Shown: positions 19,240 to 27,797 of the stretch, piece after piece
How the letters are laid out: every line of letters begins with the position of its first letter
Numbering within the stretch: the first letter of the stretch is position 1
Assembly (NCBI GenBank): GCA_024709165.1
Contig: JANJXF010000027.1
Span: 2,718 to 66,717, forward strand
DNA length: 64,000 nt
Source of the DNA: Thiobacillus sp.
GTDB lineage: Bacteria; Pseudomonadota; Gammaproteobacteria; Burkholderiales; Thiobacillaceae
Reading direction: 5' to 3'
Notes under the pieces: model-generated
Database searches by the model: none
Told to the model about the DNA's origin: nothing
What the model saw: the letters and a program-made list of their open reading frames with translations, nothing else
Program-made: the position numbers and the translations under genes

Positions 19240-20654
19240 AACTCACCTTTCTTGGCGCCGCCCGCGAAGTGACGGGTTCCTGTTTTCTGGTGGAAACGAC
19301 GCAGGTACGATTCCTCGTCGACTGCGGCATGGTACAGGGCGGGCGTGAAGCGCCAGCACGCAACCGCATGCCGTTTGGATTCGATCCGCAATCGATCGAT
19401 TTCGTGCTGCTCACCCATGCGCATATCGATCACAGCGGACTGTTGCCCAAGCTCACCCGCGCGGGTTACAAGGGACCGATTCTCGCCACCACCGCAACCG
19501 CGGACCTGCTGCAGGTGATGCTGCCCGACAGCGCACATATTCAGGAAAGCGAAGCACGGCGCAACAGACGGCGTGTGCAAACCACACGCGGACGGAATGC
19601 CGAGCCGGAGCCGCTCTATACACTACAGGACGCACAAGAATGTTTGCGCCATGTGTGGGCGGTTCCCTATGACGAAGAGCTGGTGCCGCGCGCCGGGGTG
19701 CGCTGCCGCTTTCGCGACGCGGGCCACATCCTCGGATCGGCCATCATCGAGGTCTGGGTAAGCGAAGCGTCCGGCACGACCAAGCTCGTGTTCAGCGGCG
19801 ATCTCGGACATCCGGGGCGTCCAATCCTGCGCGATCCAACGCCTGTCCAGGACGCGGACATCCTCGTTATCGAGTCCACTTACGGCGATCGCGCCCACAA
19901 GAGTCACGACGCGAGTCAGGAAGAACTCATCGACATCGTCGAACGGACGCTGTACCGACAGCGTGGCAACGTCATCATTCCGGCTTTCGCCGTGGGCCGC
20001 ACGCAGGAGATTATCTACCAGCTGCATCACCTTACGCGCGAAGGGCGTCTGCGTGGCTTGAAGATATTCGTCGATTCCCCCATGGCCACCGAGGCCCGCC
20101 GACACATGGAACTTTTCGACGATGCAGCGAGAAATCTCGTTGCATGGCACACACGCGGACGCGATCTGCCTTACCTGTATTTCACCGAAAGTGCGGAGGA
20201 GTCGATGGCGCTGAACAAGGTGCGCACGGGCGCGATCATCATCTCTGCCAGCGGCATGTGTGACGCCGGCCGCATCAGGCACCATCTGAGACATAACCTG
20301 CCGCGCCGCGAATCCAGTGTGTTGATTGCCGGGTTTCAGGCACAGGGCACGCTCGGGCGGCGGCTGGTCGATGGCGCCAAACGGGTGCGAATGTTCGGCC
20401 AGGAGGTTCCGGTACGTGCGGGCATTCACACTGTCGGCGGCCTGTCCGCGCACGCCGACCAGCCCGCCCTGCTGGCCTGGGCAGGCGGGTTCCAGAGACC
20501 GCCGAGACAGACGTGCGTCGTGCACGGCGAAGCCGTCGCATCTGACGCGCTCGCGGAAAAGCTGGGCGCCATGCCCGGCTGGAACGTGACGGTTCCCGAG
20601 CCCGGCATGACGCTGCAATGGCCTCGCCACGTCAAGGAGCCGCACGATGACTGA
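19236..20654 (+). CDS. MBL-fold beta-CASP ribonuclease
   Basis: GAAREVTGS, THAHIDHSG, AGHILGS, ESTYG, SAHAD and VHGE motifs. Confidence 0.92.
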   Translation: MKLTFLGAAREVTGSCFLVETTQVRFLVDCGMVQGGREAPARNRMPFGFDPQSIDFVLLTHAHIDHSGLLPKLTRAGYKGPILATTATADLLQVMLPDSAHIQESEARRNRRRVQTTRGRNAEPEPLYTLQDAQECLRHVWAVPYDEELVPRAGVRCRFRDAGHILGSAIIEVWVSEASGTTKLVFSGDLGHPGRPILRDPTPVQDADILVIESTYGDRAHKSHDASQEELIDIVERTLYRQRGNVIIPAFAVGRTQEIIYQLHHLTREGRLRGLKIFVDSPMATEARRHMELFDDAARNLVAWHTRGRDLPYLYFTESAEESMALNKVRTGAIIISASGMCDAGRIRHHLRHNLPRRESSVLIAGFQAQGTLGRRLVDGAKRVRMFGQEVPVRAGIHTVGGLSAHADQPALLAWAGGFQRPPRQTCVVHGEAVASDALAEKLGAMPGWNVTVPEPGMTLQWPRHVKEPHDD

Positions 20655-21453
20655 CCGCGCAGACAAGACAGCAGCGGGCGGCTCGATCCTCGACAGCGCC
20701 GCCTACCGTATGGCACACGAGGATCTCGATTTTCTTGCCATGGACGACCTACGCCCGGTGCGTCTGCAACTCGAATTGCTCAAGCCGGAGCACGCACTGC
20801 GCGAGGAGGGCATTGATTCGACCATCGTCGTCTTCGGCAGCGCACGCATTGCCACACCCGATGCGGTCGACGCGGTACAGTCCACCTTCCGCAGCCGCGA
20901 ACATGCGCGCTACTACGAGGAGGCGCGGCGTTTTGCGCACATGGTCTCGGCGCGTTTTCAGCAGCAGGGTCGGCGCGATTTTGTCGTCGTCACCGGCGGC
21001 GGTCCGGGCATCATGGAAGCCGCCAATCGCGGTGCGTTCGAGGCCGGTGCGCGCTCGATCGGCCTCAACATCACCCTGCCGCACGAACAAGCGCCCAATC
21101 CCTACATCAGTCCGGAACTCGCGTTCCGTTTCCGCTACTTCGCTCTGCGCAAGATGCACTTTCTGCTGCGTGCGCGTGCACTGGTTGCGTTTCCCGGTGG
21201 TTTCGGCACGCTGGACGAACTGTTCGAGGTGCTTACACTGGTGCAGACCGGCAAGATGGCACGCATCCCCATTGTGCTGGTTGGTACCGCATTCTGGCGC
21301 CGCATCATCGATTTCGATCGTCTGCTGGAGGAAGGTTTCATCAGCGAAGCCGATCTGCAGCTCTTCGACTATGCGAATACCGCGGAGGAAATCGTTGCAC
21401 TGTTGGAAGCGTTCTACGGCGGCCGGCCGCCGCAAACACAAATGTCCGGATGA
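20647..21453 (+). CDS. LOG family nucleotide monophosphate nucleosidase (lysine decarboxylase-like)
   Basis: VFGSAR, TGGGPGIMEAANRGA and PGGFGTLDE motifs. Confidence 0.9.
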   Translation: MTDRADKTAAGGSILDSAAYRMAHEDLDFLAMDDLRPVRLQLELLKPEHALREEGIDSTIVVFGSARIATPDAVDAVQSTFRSREHARYYEEARRFAHMVSARFQQQGRRDFVVVTGGGPGIMEAANRGAFEAGARSIGLNITLPHEQAPNPYISPELAFRFRYFALRKMHFLLRARALVAFPGGFGTLDELFEVLTLVQTGKMARIPIVLVGTAFWRRIIDFDRLLEEGFISEADLQLFDYANTAEEIVALLEAFYGGRPPQTQMSG

Positions 21454-21659
21454 TTCTGGAAACCGCGCTTGAGCGCCGACACCGTCCATCGTCTGCGTGC
21501 TCTCGACTTGCACATGATACGGGCACCACAGGTGTTCCGGAAACGTGTGCGAGATCCGGAAGAGGAACGATGAAACATCGGTGACGCGGACGGGGCACGA
21601 TGTTCCATGTGCAGCGGGCCAGCGACGCCCCGAAAAACAGGCACGGAGGTCGACAGGCA

Positions 21660-22298
21660 ATGGCGGAACCCAGACAACGATTAAGTGCGGAAGAACGGCA
21701 GGAAGAGATCATTCGTGCGGCACTCGACCTCGCCGGTAAGCAGGGCGTGGACGGTGTGACGACGCAGGACATGGCCAAGGCCGTGGGCGTCACCCAGGGG
21801 GCAATTTTCCGCCATTTTCCAAGCAAGGACATGGTCTGGCTCGGTGTCGTGCGCTGGGTGCGAGGGCGCCTGATGAGTGTGCTGGATATTGCGGCGGGAC
21901 AGGGCCGCGATCCGCTCGATGCACTGGAGAAGATGTTCTTCGCTCATCTCGGTTTCGTCGAAAAAGTCCCCGCAATCCCCAAGCTGATTTTTACCAGCCC
22001 GCTCTTGAAGAACAATGCGAACATCCGCGACCTGATCCGCAGCATTCTCGTTGACTACGAAAACAAGGTGAGCGGGCTCATCGCGCAGGCCAGAGCGCAA
22101 GCGCTCGTACGTGCCGATCTCGATGAGCGTGCGGCGGCGGTGATGTTCACCGGCATGATCCAGGGGCTGCTGGTCCGCGGATCCGTCATCGAAGTGGAGA
22201 AATCCCTCGTGGCGGAAGGGCGCAGCATCTTCCCGATTTTTCTGCTTGGCATCGGCAGCGTGCGGCGGGAAGGCATCCCGGAGGAGACGCAGCCATGA
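21660..22298 (+). CDS. TetR/AcrR-family regulator
   Basis: N-terminal HTH TTQDMAKAVGVTQGAIFRHFPSKD; GGAGG RBS. Confidence 0.92.
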   Translation: MAEPRQRLSAEERQEEIIRAALDLAGKQGVDGVTTQDMAKAVGVTQGAIFRHFPSKDMVWLGVVRWVRGRLMSVLDIAAGQGRDPLDALEKMFFAHLGFVEKVPAIPKLIFTSPLLKNNANIRDLIRSILVDYENKVSGLIAQARAQALVRADLDERAAAVMFTGMIQGLLVRGSVIEVEKSLVAEGRSIFPIFLLGIGSVRREGIPEETQP

Positions 22299-22450
22299 GA
22301 AGCGTGTGGCGCAGGTCCGCCGTCTAGAGAGAAAAAAACTTCGTCGTCGCGTCCACCGCTTTCTGCCAGTTGTCGCCGACCCCGCAGCGAGAACCGGATC
22401 GTCTGTAGCAGCCCCGTGTGGACCACCCGCGCAAGCGCGCCGCCCCCGCC

Positions 22451-22477
22451 GTAACACACTGTCACCAAACTGTTTCA
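22451..22477 (+). promoter_or_regulatory. Putative OmpR-family binding site (phased direct repeats)
   Basis: GTAAC (22451), GTCAC (22461) and GTTTC (22472) at 10-11 bp spacing upstream of the FadL-like gene. Confidence 0.4.
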
Positions 22478-22602
22478 TCGGCGAAATTCTCGCCCAACTG
22501 TCGTTGTTTAACCTTGCTTCAGTTTCTACAGAGTGCAGACAGCAAGGAGTTCGTGGCTGTGCGCAGTTCCCGGAGCGGTTGCAATCCAGAACGGAGGAGG
22601 CG

Positions 22603-23793
22603 ATGAACATAAACAAGACAGCAGTCATTTGCGCGGGCGTATTGGTTTCTGGACACGCCCTCGCCAACAATGGCGACCAGATGGTCGGGCTGAGCGGTAT
22701 ATCGCATGCGATGGCGGGTGCCGTTGTGGCCATGCCGCAGGACGTGACCACCGCACTGAGCAATCCGGCTGGGCTCTCATTCGTCAATCTGGGTGATGAG
22801 AGAACCCGTTTCGACATGAATCTCGCAGTCCTCAATCCACAGCGCAGCATGAACGGTGTGGACAGCGACAGCGACGCCTACGTCATGGCCACAGGTGGAT
22901 TCGCGTTCGAGAGTGAGCTGTTCGGTTCGGATTTCACGGTAAGTGTCGGTGCGTATCCGGTCTCCGGCGGAGGTGTGGACTTTCCGGCCCAGGCGTTCAA
23001 GCTCGGCACCGGCAACGCCGCGATCGTGGCCAGTCGCATGTCCCTGCGCATCGGCCCTGCCGTCGCCTACCGGGTGAGCGAGCAACTCTCCGTCGGCGCC
23101 AATATCAGCCTCGTGGCCAACCAGATGTCGATCAAGAATTTCGACACCTCCAGCATGCCGCCGAAGCCGATGAACTTCCCGTCCGACGTTGCCTACGGTG
23201 GCGCGTTCGTGCTCGGCACGGTCTATCGGCTGACTGAGCGCACTCAGTTCGGCGCCGCCTACACGAGCCGTTCCCATACCCAGGATCTGGTGTGGAACAT
23301 GGACGACGGCAAGTGGCGCCTGTCCTTCCAGGATCCACAGACTATCGCGATAGGAGTTTCCCACCGCCTCACCGACACGCTGCAGGTCGAGGCCGATCTG
23401 AAGTGGCTCAACTACAGCAATGTGCGTACCACCGCGACACTGTATGGACCGACCGCATCGAAGGACAAGCAGCTCGCCTACGGCTGGGACGACCAGTTTG
23501 TCTTTGCGCTCGGCGCCAGGTACCGGCTGTCCGACCGAATCGCCTTGATGGCGGGGTACAACTACGGTAAGTCACCGATCGACGAGGAGGACATCAACAA
23601 CAACGCCGGCGTCACCGCCATTGTCGAGCATCACCTGTCGGTGGGGCTTACCACCAAAGTGACCCGGCATTCGTCGCTGACGCTCTCCCTCAACCACGGC
23701 TTCGAAAACGATATGACCGCCAGCATGGGACCGCCCACCCATGTGAGCTTCGAAACCAACCTGGCGACCCTGCAGTTCACCTATCAGCACTAG
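22603..23793 (+). CDS. OmpP1/FadL/TodX-family outer-membrane transporter
   Basis: GGAGGAGG RBS; signal peptide; N-terminal hatch with NPAG; amphipathic strands; YGWDDQ..GARY..GYNYGKSPI. Confidence 0.85.
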   Translation: MNINKTAVICAGVLVSGHALANNGDQMVGLSGISHAMAGAVVAMPQDVTTALSNPAGLSFVNLGDERTRFDMNLAVLNPQRSMNGVDSDSDAYVMATGGFAFESELFGSDFTVSVGAYPVSGGGVDFPAQAFKLGTGNAAIVASRMSLRIGPAVAYRVSEQLSVGANISLVANQMSIKNFDTSSMPPKPMNFPSDVAYGGAFVLGTVYRLTERTQFGAAYTSRSHTQDLVWNMDDGKWRLSFQDPQTIAIGVSHRLTDTLQVEADLKWLNYSNVRTTATLYGPTASKDKQLAYGWDDQFVFALGARYRLSDRIALMAGYNYGKSPIDEEDINNNAGVTAIVEHHLSVGLTTKVTRHSSLTLSLNHGFENDMTASMGPPTHVSFETNLATLQFTYQH

Positions 23794-23820
23794 CTCATTC
23801 GCTTGCGCAAGGAGAAGAAC

Positions 23821-24318
23821 ATGACATTGCACGGACATTTTCGCAGAAGCGTTCTGGGTGCGGCGCTGCTGGCCATGATGGCGTTCGGAACATCCGGCTG
23901 CATGGGGCCCGCGATGGGCCCCGCGATGCCGGACACCGACTGGCAGACCGATTACGAGGATGCATTGAGTCCTCATACCCAGCTGGCGCTGGGCGTGCTC
24001 AAGGTGCTCAAGGAAGAGCCCGAGCGCGTGCCGGCCGCGCGCCGCGCCGAGTTGGCGCAGCGCTGGCAGGCACTGGCGAAGCTGATCGAAGCCAAGGCGC
24101 AGGCCGCAGACATCAACGCTGCGCGTCGCACGGTGGAAGCCATGCTCGAGCGGGAACTGCTCGACGAGATCAAGGAGGAACGCACCACGCGCGGCGATCT
24201 GATGGGTTTCATGATGTCCAGCGGCGTGCGCATTCCCAAGGGCGGCATGAGCAGTCTCAATCCGGACCACGTCGCCGCGGTGAAGACCGTGGAAGCACTC
24301 AACAAGACAGCTCGATAG
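23821..24318 (+). CDS. Met-rich hypothetical lipoprotein, putative Tat substrate
   Basis: AAGGAG RBS; FRRSVL twin-Arg, hydrophobic core and TSGC lipobox; helical mature region. Confidence 0.75.
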   Translation: MTLHGHFRRSVLGAALLAMMAFGTSGCMGPAMGPAMPDTDWQTDYEDALSPHTQLALGVLKVLKEEPERVPAARRAELAQRWQALAKLIEAKAQAADINAARRTVEAMLERELLDEIKEERTTRGDLMGFMMSSGVRIPKGGMSSLNPDHVAAVKTVEALNKTAR

Positions 24319-24387
24319 CTCCCCAAAACCAACCCCCACTCGCCGACTCTGTCGGCCCCGTCAACCACCGAGTCGAAGGAGAATGAA

Positions 24388-25590
24388 ATGAAGAAGAAGC
24401 ATCTTTTTGTGGCCCTTGCCGCAGTCCTCGCCCAGGCTTCCGCCTGGTCGGCGGGCACGCCCAAAGCTCCCCCAGTGGAAATCGCCGCCGCGGCGATGTC
24501 CGCGCCGTCCCACGATGAAGCGCTGTCGCCCATGGAAAACCTCGTCCTTGGAACCGCGCTGCTGCTTGAAAGGGAGCGCGAGACCTTCGAGATGCAGCAG
24601 GTATTCCGTCTCGCGCTCTATTTGCGTCCGTTGCGCCGGGTCTATGACCCCAGCCCGGATCTCGTGCGCAAGGGTGAAAGTCCGGACATCGAGAAGGTGT
24701 ACACAGAGCGCATCAAGCGCGTGCTGGGCTCCGACATGCTGCGCCGCATCGATCAGATGAAACTCACCCATGCCGACATGGAGGAATATCTGCGGAAACA
24801 CGTCCCCTTGTACGAAGTGGACTGGAAGAAAACCCCAAGCTTTGCGCTGGTCGAATATGCCGTGAACGACTTCCATGAGCAAATTGCGCCGCCGCAGACC
24901 ATCGACCCCAAGGACAAGCCCGAATACTACATCGCGGGCAGCATCCGCCAGATCAGCGGTCGCAACCCGGGTGACGGCCAGAAGCTGTTCGAGGGAGTCT
25001 GCTCCTCGTGTCACGGCATGGATGGGCAGGGCCGCTTTCCGCCGATCGTGATGAAGTCGTATCTGTCTCTGCACAGCGACCATGAGCATTTCGAAATCGT
25101 CAAGGGCGGACCGCCCCAGAAACCCGGCGCTCCCATTGTGATGCCGACCTTTGGCGACAAGCTCACGAACGATCAGATGTGGGCCATTGTTAAATACCTG
25201 CGTACCTGGGAACAGCACTGGACGGATCCCCGGAACGTGCGGCGTGGCGAAGCCGAGGCCAAGGCGGCCAAGGTGAAGTTCTACAGCACGCCCGAAGTGC
25301 GCAAGATCTGGGAGTCCAGGAACAAGAATGTCGTTCTGCTCGACCTGCAGAGCGACATTGCCTACCGCATCATGGGGCACATCCCGGGAACCCTGCACAT
25401 CCGTCCGGAGGAACTGGACAAGAAGATGAAGAAAATTCCCAAGGACAAGGAAATCATCGTCATCGACATGTTCGGCTCGCAGGGACTCGCGCCGGCGGTG
25501 GAACTCGCCAAGGCTGGCTACAAGACTGCCTACCTGGCCGACGGCATGATGGACTGGCACATCGTGCGTGATTATCCGACCGAGTACTGA
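24388..25590 (+). CDS. Exported fusion: helical domain, mono-haem cytochrome c, rhodanese-like domain
   Basis: Signal peptide; GQKLFEGVCSSCHG and MPTFG (class I cytochrome c); LLDLQ..GHIPG..IIVID..LADGMMDW (rhodanese fold). Confidence 0.85.
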   Translation: MKKKHLFVALAAVLAQASAWSAGTPKAPPVEIAAAAMSAPSHDEALSPMENLVLGTALLLERERETFEMQQVFRLALYLRPLRRVYDPSPDLVRKGESPDIEKVYTERIKRVLGSDMLRRIDQMKLTHADMEEYLRKHVPLYEVDWKKTPSFALVEYAVNDFHEQIAPPQTIDPKDKPEYYIAGSIRQISGRNPGDGQKLFEGVCSSCHGMDGQGRFPPIVMKSYLSLHSDHEHFEIVKGGPPQKPGAPIVMPTFGDKLTNDQMWAIVKYLRTWEQHWTDPRNVRRGEAEAKAAKVKFYSTPEVRKIWESRNKNVVLLDLQSDIAYRIMGHIPGTLHIRPEELDKKMKKIPKDKEIIVIDMFGSQGLAPAVELAKAGYKTAYLADGMMDWHIVRDYPTEY

Positions 25591-25643
25591 GCATTCGCCC
25601 CGTCACGGCCACCCGGTGGGTGGCCACTTCCAGGAGAATCACG

Positions 25644-26204
25644 ATGAAACACATCGTACTGACGACGTTGTCCACCGCCTTGTTCCACTTCAATGCCTGG
25701 GGTGCCGATGCGCCGCCGGTGGCGGAGGTCAAGGCCGTGGCAGGCAGTTACGCCAAGCAGTTGAAATCTGCTCTGCAGGAAGCGATGGGCAGGGGCGGAC
25801 CGGAAGCCGGCATTGCCGCCTGCGCGGAAAAGGCCGGACAGATTGGCGCCGAGGCATCACGCCAGAGCGGATGGTCGATCCGGCGTGTCACATCGCAGGC
25901 ACGCAATCCGCTCGACATGCCGGATACCTATGAACAACTGACTCTGGAGCGGTTCGAACGCGAAATCGCCGGCGGCAAGGAGGACGCCAGCCGCTATGAG
26001 GTGGTGCAGGAAGACGGCGTGCGCTACGCGCGCTTCATGAAGGCCATCCGCATCGAACCCGTCTGCCTGGCTTGCCACGGAGACAGCGAGGTTGCACCGG
26101 GTGTCGCGAAGCGGTTGTCCGACCTGTACCCGCACGATCGGGCCCGTGGCTACAAGGCGGGCGATCTGCGCGGCGCCCTGTCGATCAAGATCAAGCTGGA
26201 TTAA
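25644..26204 (+). CDS. DUF3365/Tll0287-like haem c protein
   Basis: Signal peptide; RNPLDMPD..E, RFMKAI..CLACHG and GYKAGDLRGALS motifs. Confidence 0.85.
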   Translation: MKHIVLTTLSTALFHFNAWGADAPPVAEVKAVAGSYAKQLKSALQEAMGRGGPEAGIAACAEKAGQIGAEASRQSGWSIRRVTSQARNPLDMPDTYEQLTLERFEREIAGGKEDASRYEVVQEDGVRYARFMKAIRIEPVCLACHGDSEVAPGVAKRLSDLYPHDRARGYKAGDLRGALSIKIKLD

Positions 26205-26225
26205 CGTTTACCGAAGAGGACTCAA

Positions 26226-26729
26226 ATGCGTCTCACAAAAAACACCACCCTGGCCGTCTATCTGGCTGCAGCCGCCATCACGGGCATTGTCGTCAATCCC
26301 GTGTTTGCCAAGGAAGCCGACCCCATCGGTCCCAAACTGACGCCACGCCTGAAACAGATGCTTGCGGAGGAAATGCTGTCGGTGCGTCAGGCCGCGAAGC
26401 AGATTCTGGATGGGCTGATCGTCGGCGATCATTCTCTCGTTGCCACCCAGGCGCAGCAGATCCACGACAGCTTCATCCTGCAGCGCGCGCTCACCGCACA
26501 GGACAAGAAGGATCTGATGAAAGCCGCGTCGCCGGAATTCCTTCAGCTGGACGGAGAGTTCCACATGACGGCGAAGAAGCTGAGCGAGGCCGCCCAGCAC
26601 AAGGATTACGAGCTGCAGCGTTTCTACTACTCGCGCCTCGTGGACAGCTGCCAGACCTGCCATAGCCAGTTCGCCACCGACAAGTTTCCGGCATTCTCCG
26701 GTGCTCAGCCGGAAGGTCATTCTCACTGA
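26226..26729 (+). CDS. Class II (four-helix, c'/c556-like) cytochrome c
   Basis: Signal peptide; helical; single C-terminal CQTCH; GHSH tail. Confidence 0.75.
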   Translation: MRLTKNTTLAVYLAAAAITGIVVNPVFAKEADPIGPKLTPRLKQMLAEEMLSVRQAAKQILDGLIVGDHSLVATQAQQIHDSFILQRALTAQDKKDLMKAASPEFLQLDGEFHMTAKKLSEAAQHKDYELQRFYYSRLVDSCQTCHSQFATDKFPAFSGAQPEGHSH

Positions 26730-26740
26730 GAGGAAGAGAC

Positions 26741-26956
26741 ATGACCGTCGATAGAACCGTGCGTCTGGTGGTGGGGCTGGTTGTCGCGCTGAGTGTACTT
26801 CTCATGTGGATCCACAGTCCTGCCTGGGGATGGGTCGCCGTGATCGCGGCGCTGAGCCTGGCACAAAGCGCCTTCAGCGGAACCTGCCCGCTGAGCTTTC
26901 TGCTGCGCAAACTTGGCATGCGCGAAAACAGGTGTGCGAAGCACGTGGAGCAATAG
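26741..26956 (+). CDS. YgaP-like DUF2892 membrane protein
   Basis: MTVDRTVRLVVG...QSAFSGTCPL..LLRKLG; two TMs. Confidence 0.85.
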   Translation: MTVDRTVRLVVGLVVALSVLLMWIHSPAWGWVAVIAALSLAQSAFSGTCPLSFLLRKLGMRENRCAKHVEQ

Positions 26957-26977
26957 CGGTTTTTCGCAGAAGCGTCT

Positions 26978-27010
26978 GCGGCGGCGGTACTCCTCCCGCC
27001 GTGCTTTTTT
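26978..27010 (+). terminator. Intrinsic terminator
   Basis: GCGGCGG-TACTCCTC-CCGCCGT stem-loop followed by GCTTTTTT. Confidence 0.65.
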
Positions 27011-27086
27011 CAGCCAGCTGTCAATTCGGCGTACTGCGTGCCCCGCTCCCGTGGCGAGGCGCGCTCTTTGCAAGAGGCACTCCACC

Positions 27087-27647
27087 ATGCAGCGTAATAC
27101 AGGAAACCACTACCACCCCGTCTCCGTCGGCCTGCACTGGCTGACACTGCTGCTGATTGTCGCCGTCTACGTGCTGATCGAGTTGCGTGGGCTGTACCCA
27201 AAGGGCAGCGATGCCCGCGAAGCGATGAAGCAATGGCATGCCATGCTGGGCCTCGCCGTCTTCAGCCTGGTGTTCGTGCGGGTGGCGGTGCTGCGGCTGT
27301 TGCCTGCGCCGCCGATCACCCCGGAACCGCGAGCATGGCAGCGCCTGCTGGCGACAGCGGTGCATCTTGCCTTGTATGTGTTTCTCATCGCGATGCCGCT
27401 TCTGGGATGGTTGGTTCTGAGCGCAAAGGGCAAGCCGATTCCGTTTTTCGGACTGGATCTGCCGGCGCTGGTTGCACCCGACAAAGCGCTGGCGCACGAC
27501 GTCGAGGAAATCCACGAGTGGATCGGTACGCTGGGCTACTATCTCATCGGCCTGCATGCCACCGCTGGGCTGTTTCATCACTATATCGTGGGTGATGACA
27601 CCCTGCGGCGGATGCTGCCTCGGCGGGCACCCCGCCCCGCTGAATAA
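27087..27647 (+). CDS. Cytochrome b561 (CybB/YceJ family)
   Basis: LHWL, WHAMLG, HLALY..MPLLGW and IHEW..GLHATAGLFHH haem-ligand pattern. Confidence 0.92.
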   Translation: MQRNTGNHYHPVSVGLHWLTLLLIVAVYVLIELRGLYPKGSDAREAMKQWHAMLGLAVFSLVFVRVAVLRLLPAPPITPEPRAWQRLLATAVHLALYVFLIAMPLLGWLVLSAKGKPIPFFGLDLPALVAPDKALAHDVEEIHEWIGTLGYYLIGLHATAGLFHHYIVGDDTLRRMLPRRAPRPAE

Positions 27648-27797
27648 AGGTGCCCGGCGGTACTTGCGCGGCGCCATTCGCGAGTGCACATGACGCTCCA
27701 TTGGGTTGTGCAGCACCCGCTGCGGCCGGTGCACAAACCGAGGCTCGCTGCACGCATCCTTGTCGAGCGAGCTTCGAGGCACGATGCTCAACCCTCT

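Noticed and set aside
20080-20110. Possible small in-frame deletion in the beta-CASP protein (DSPMATEARRHM)
   Set aside because: The frame and all catalytic motifs are intact; cannot be established without an alignment.
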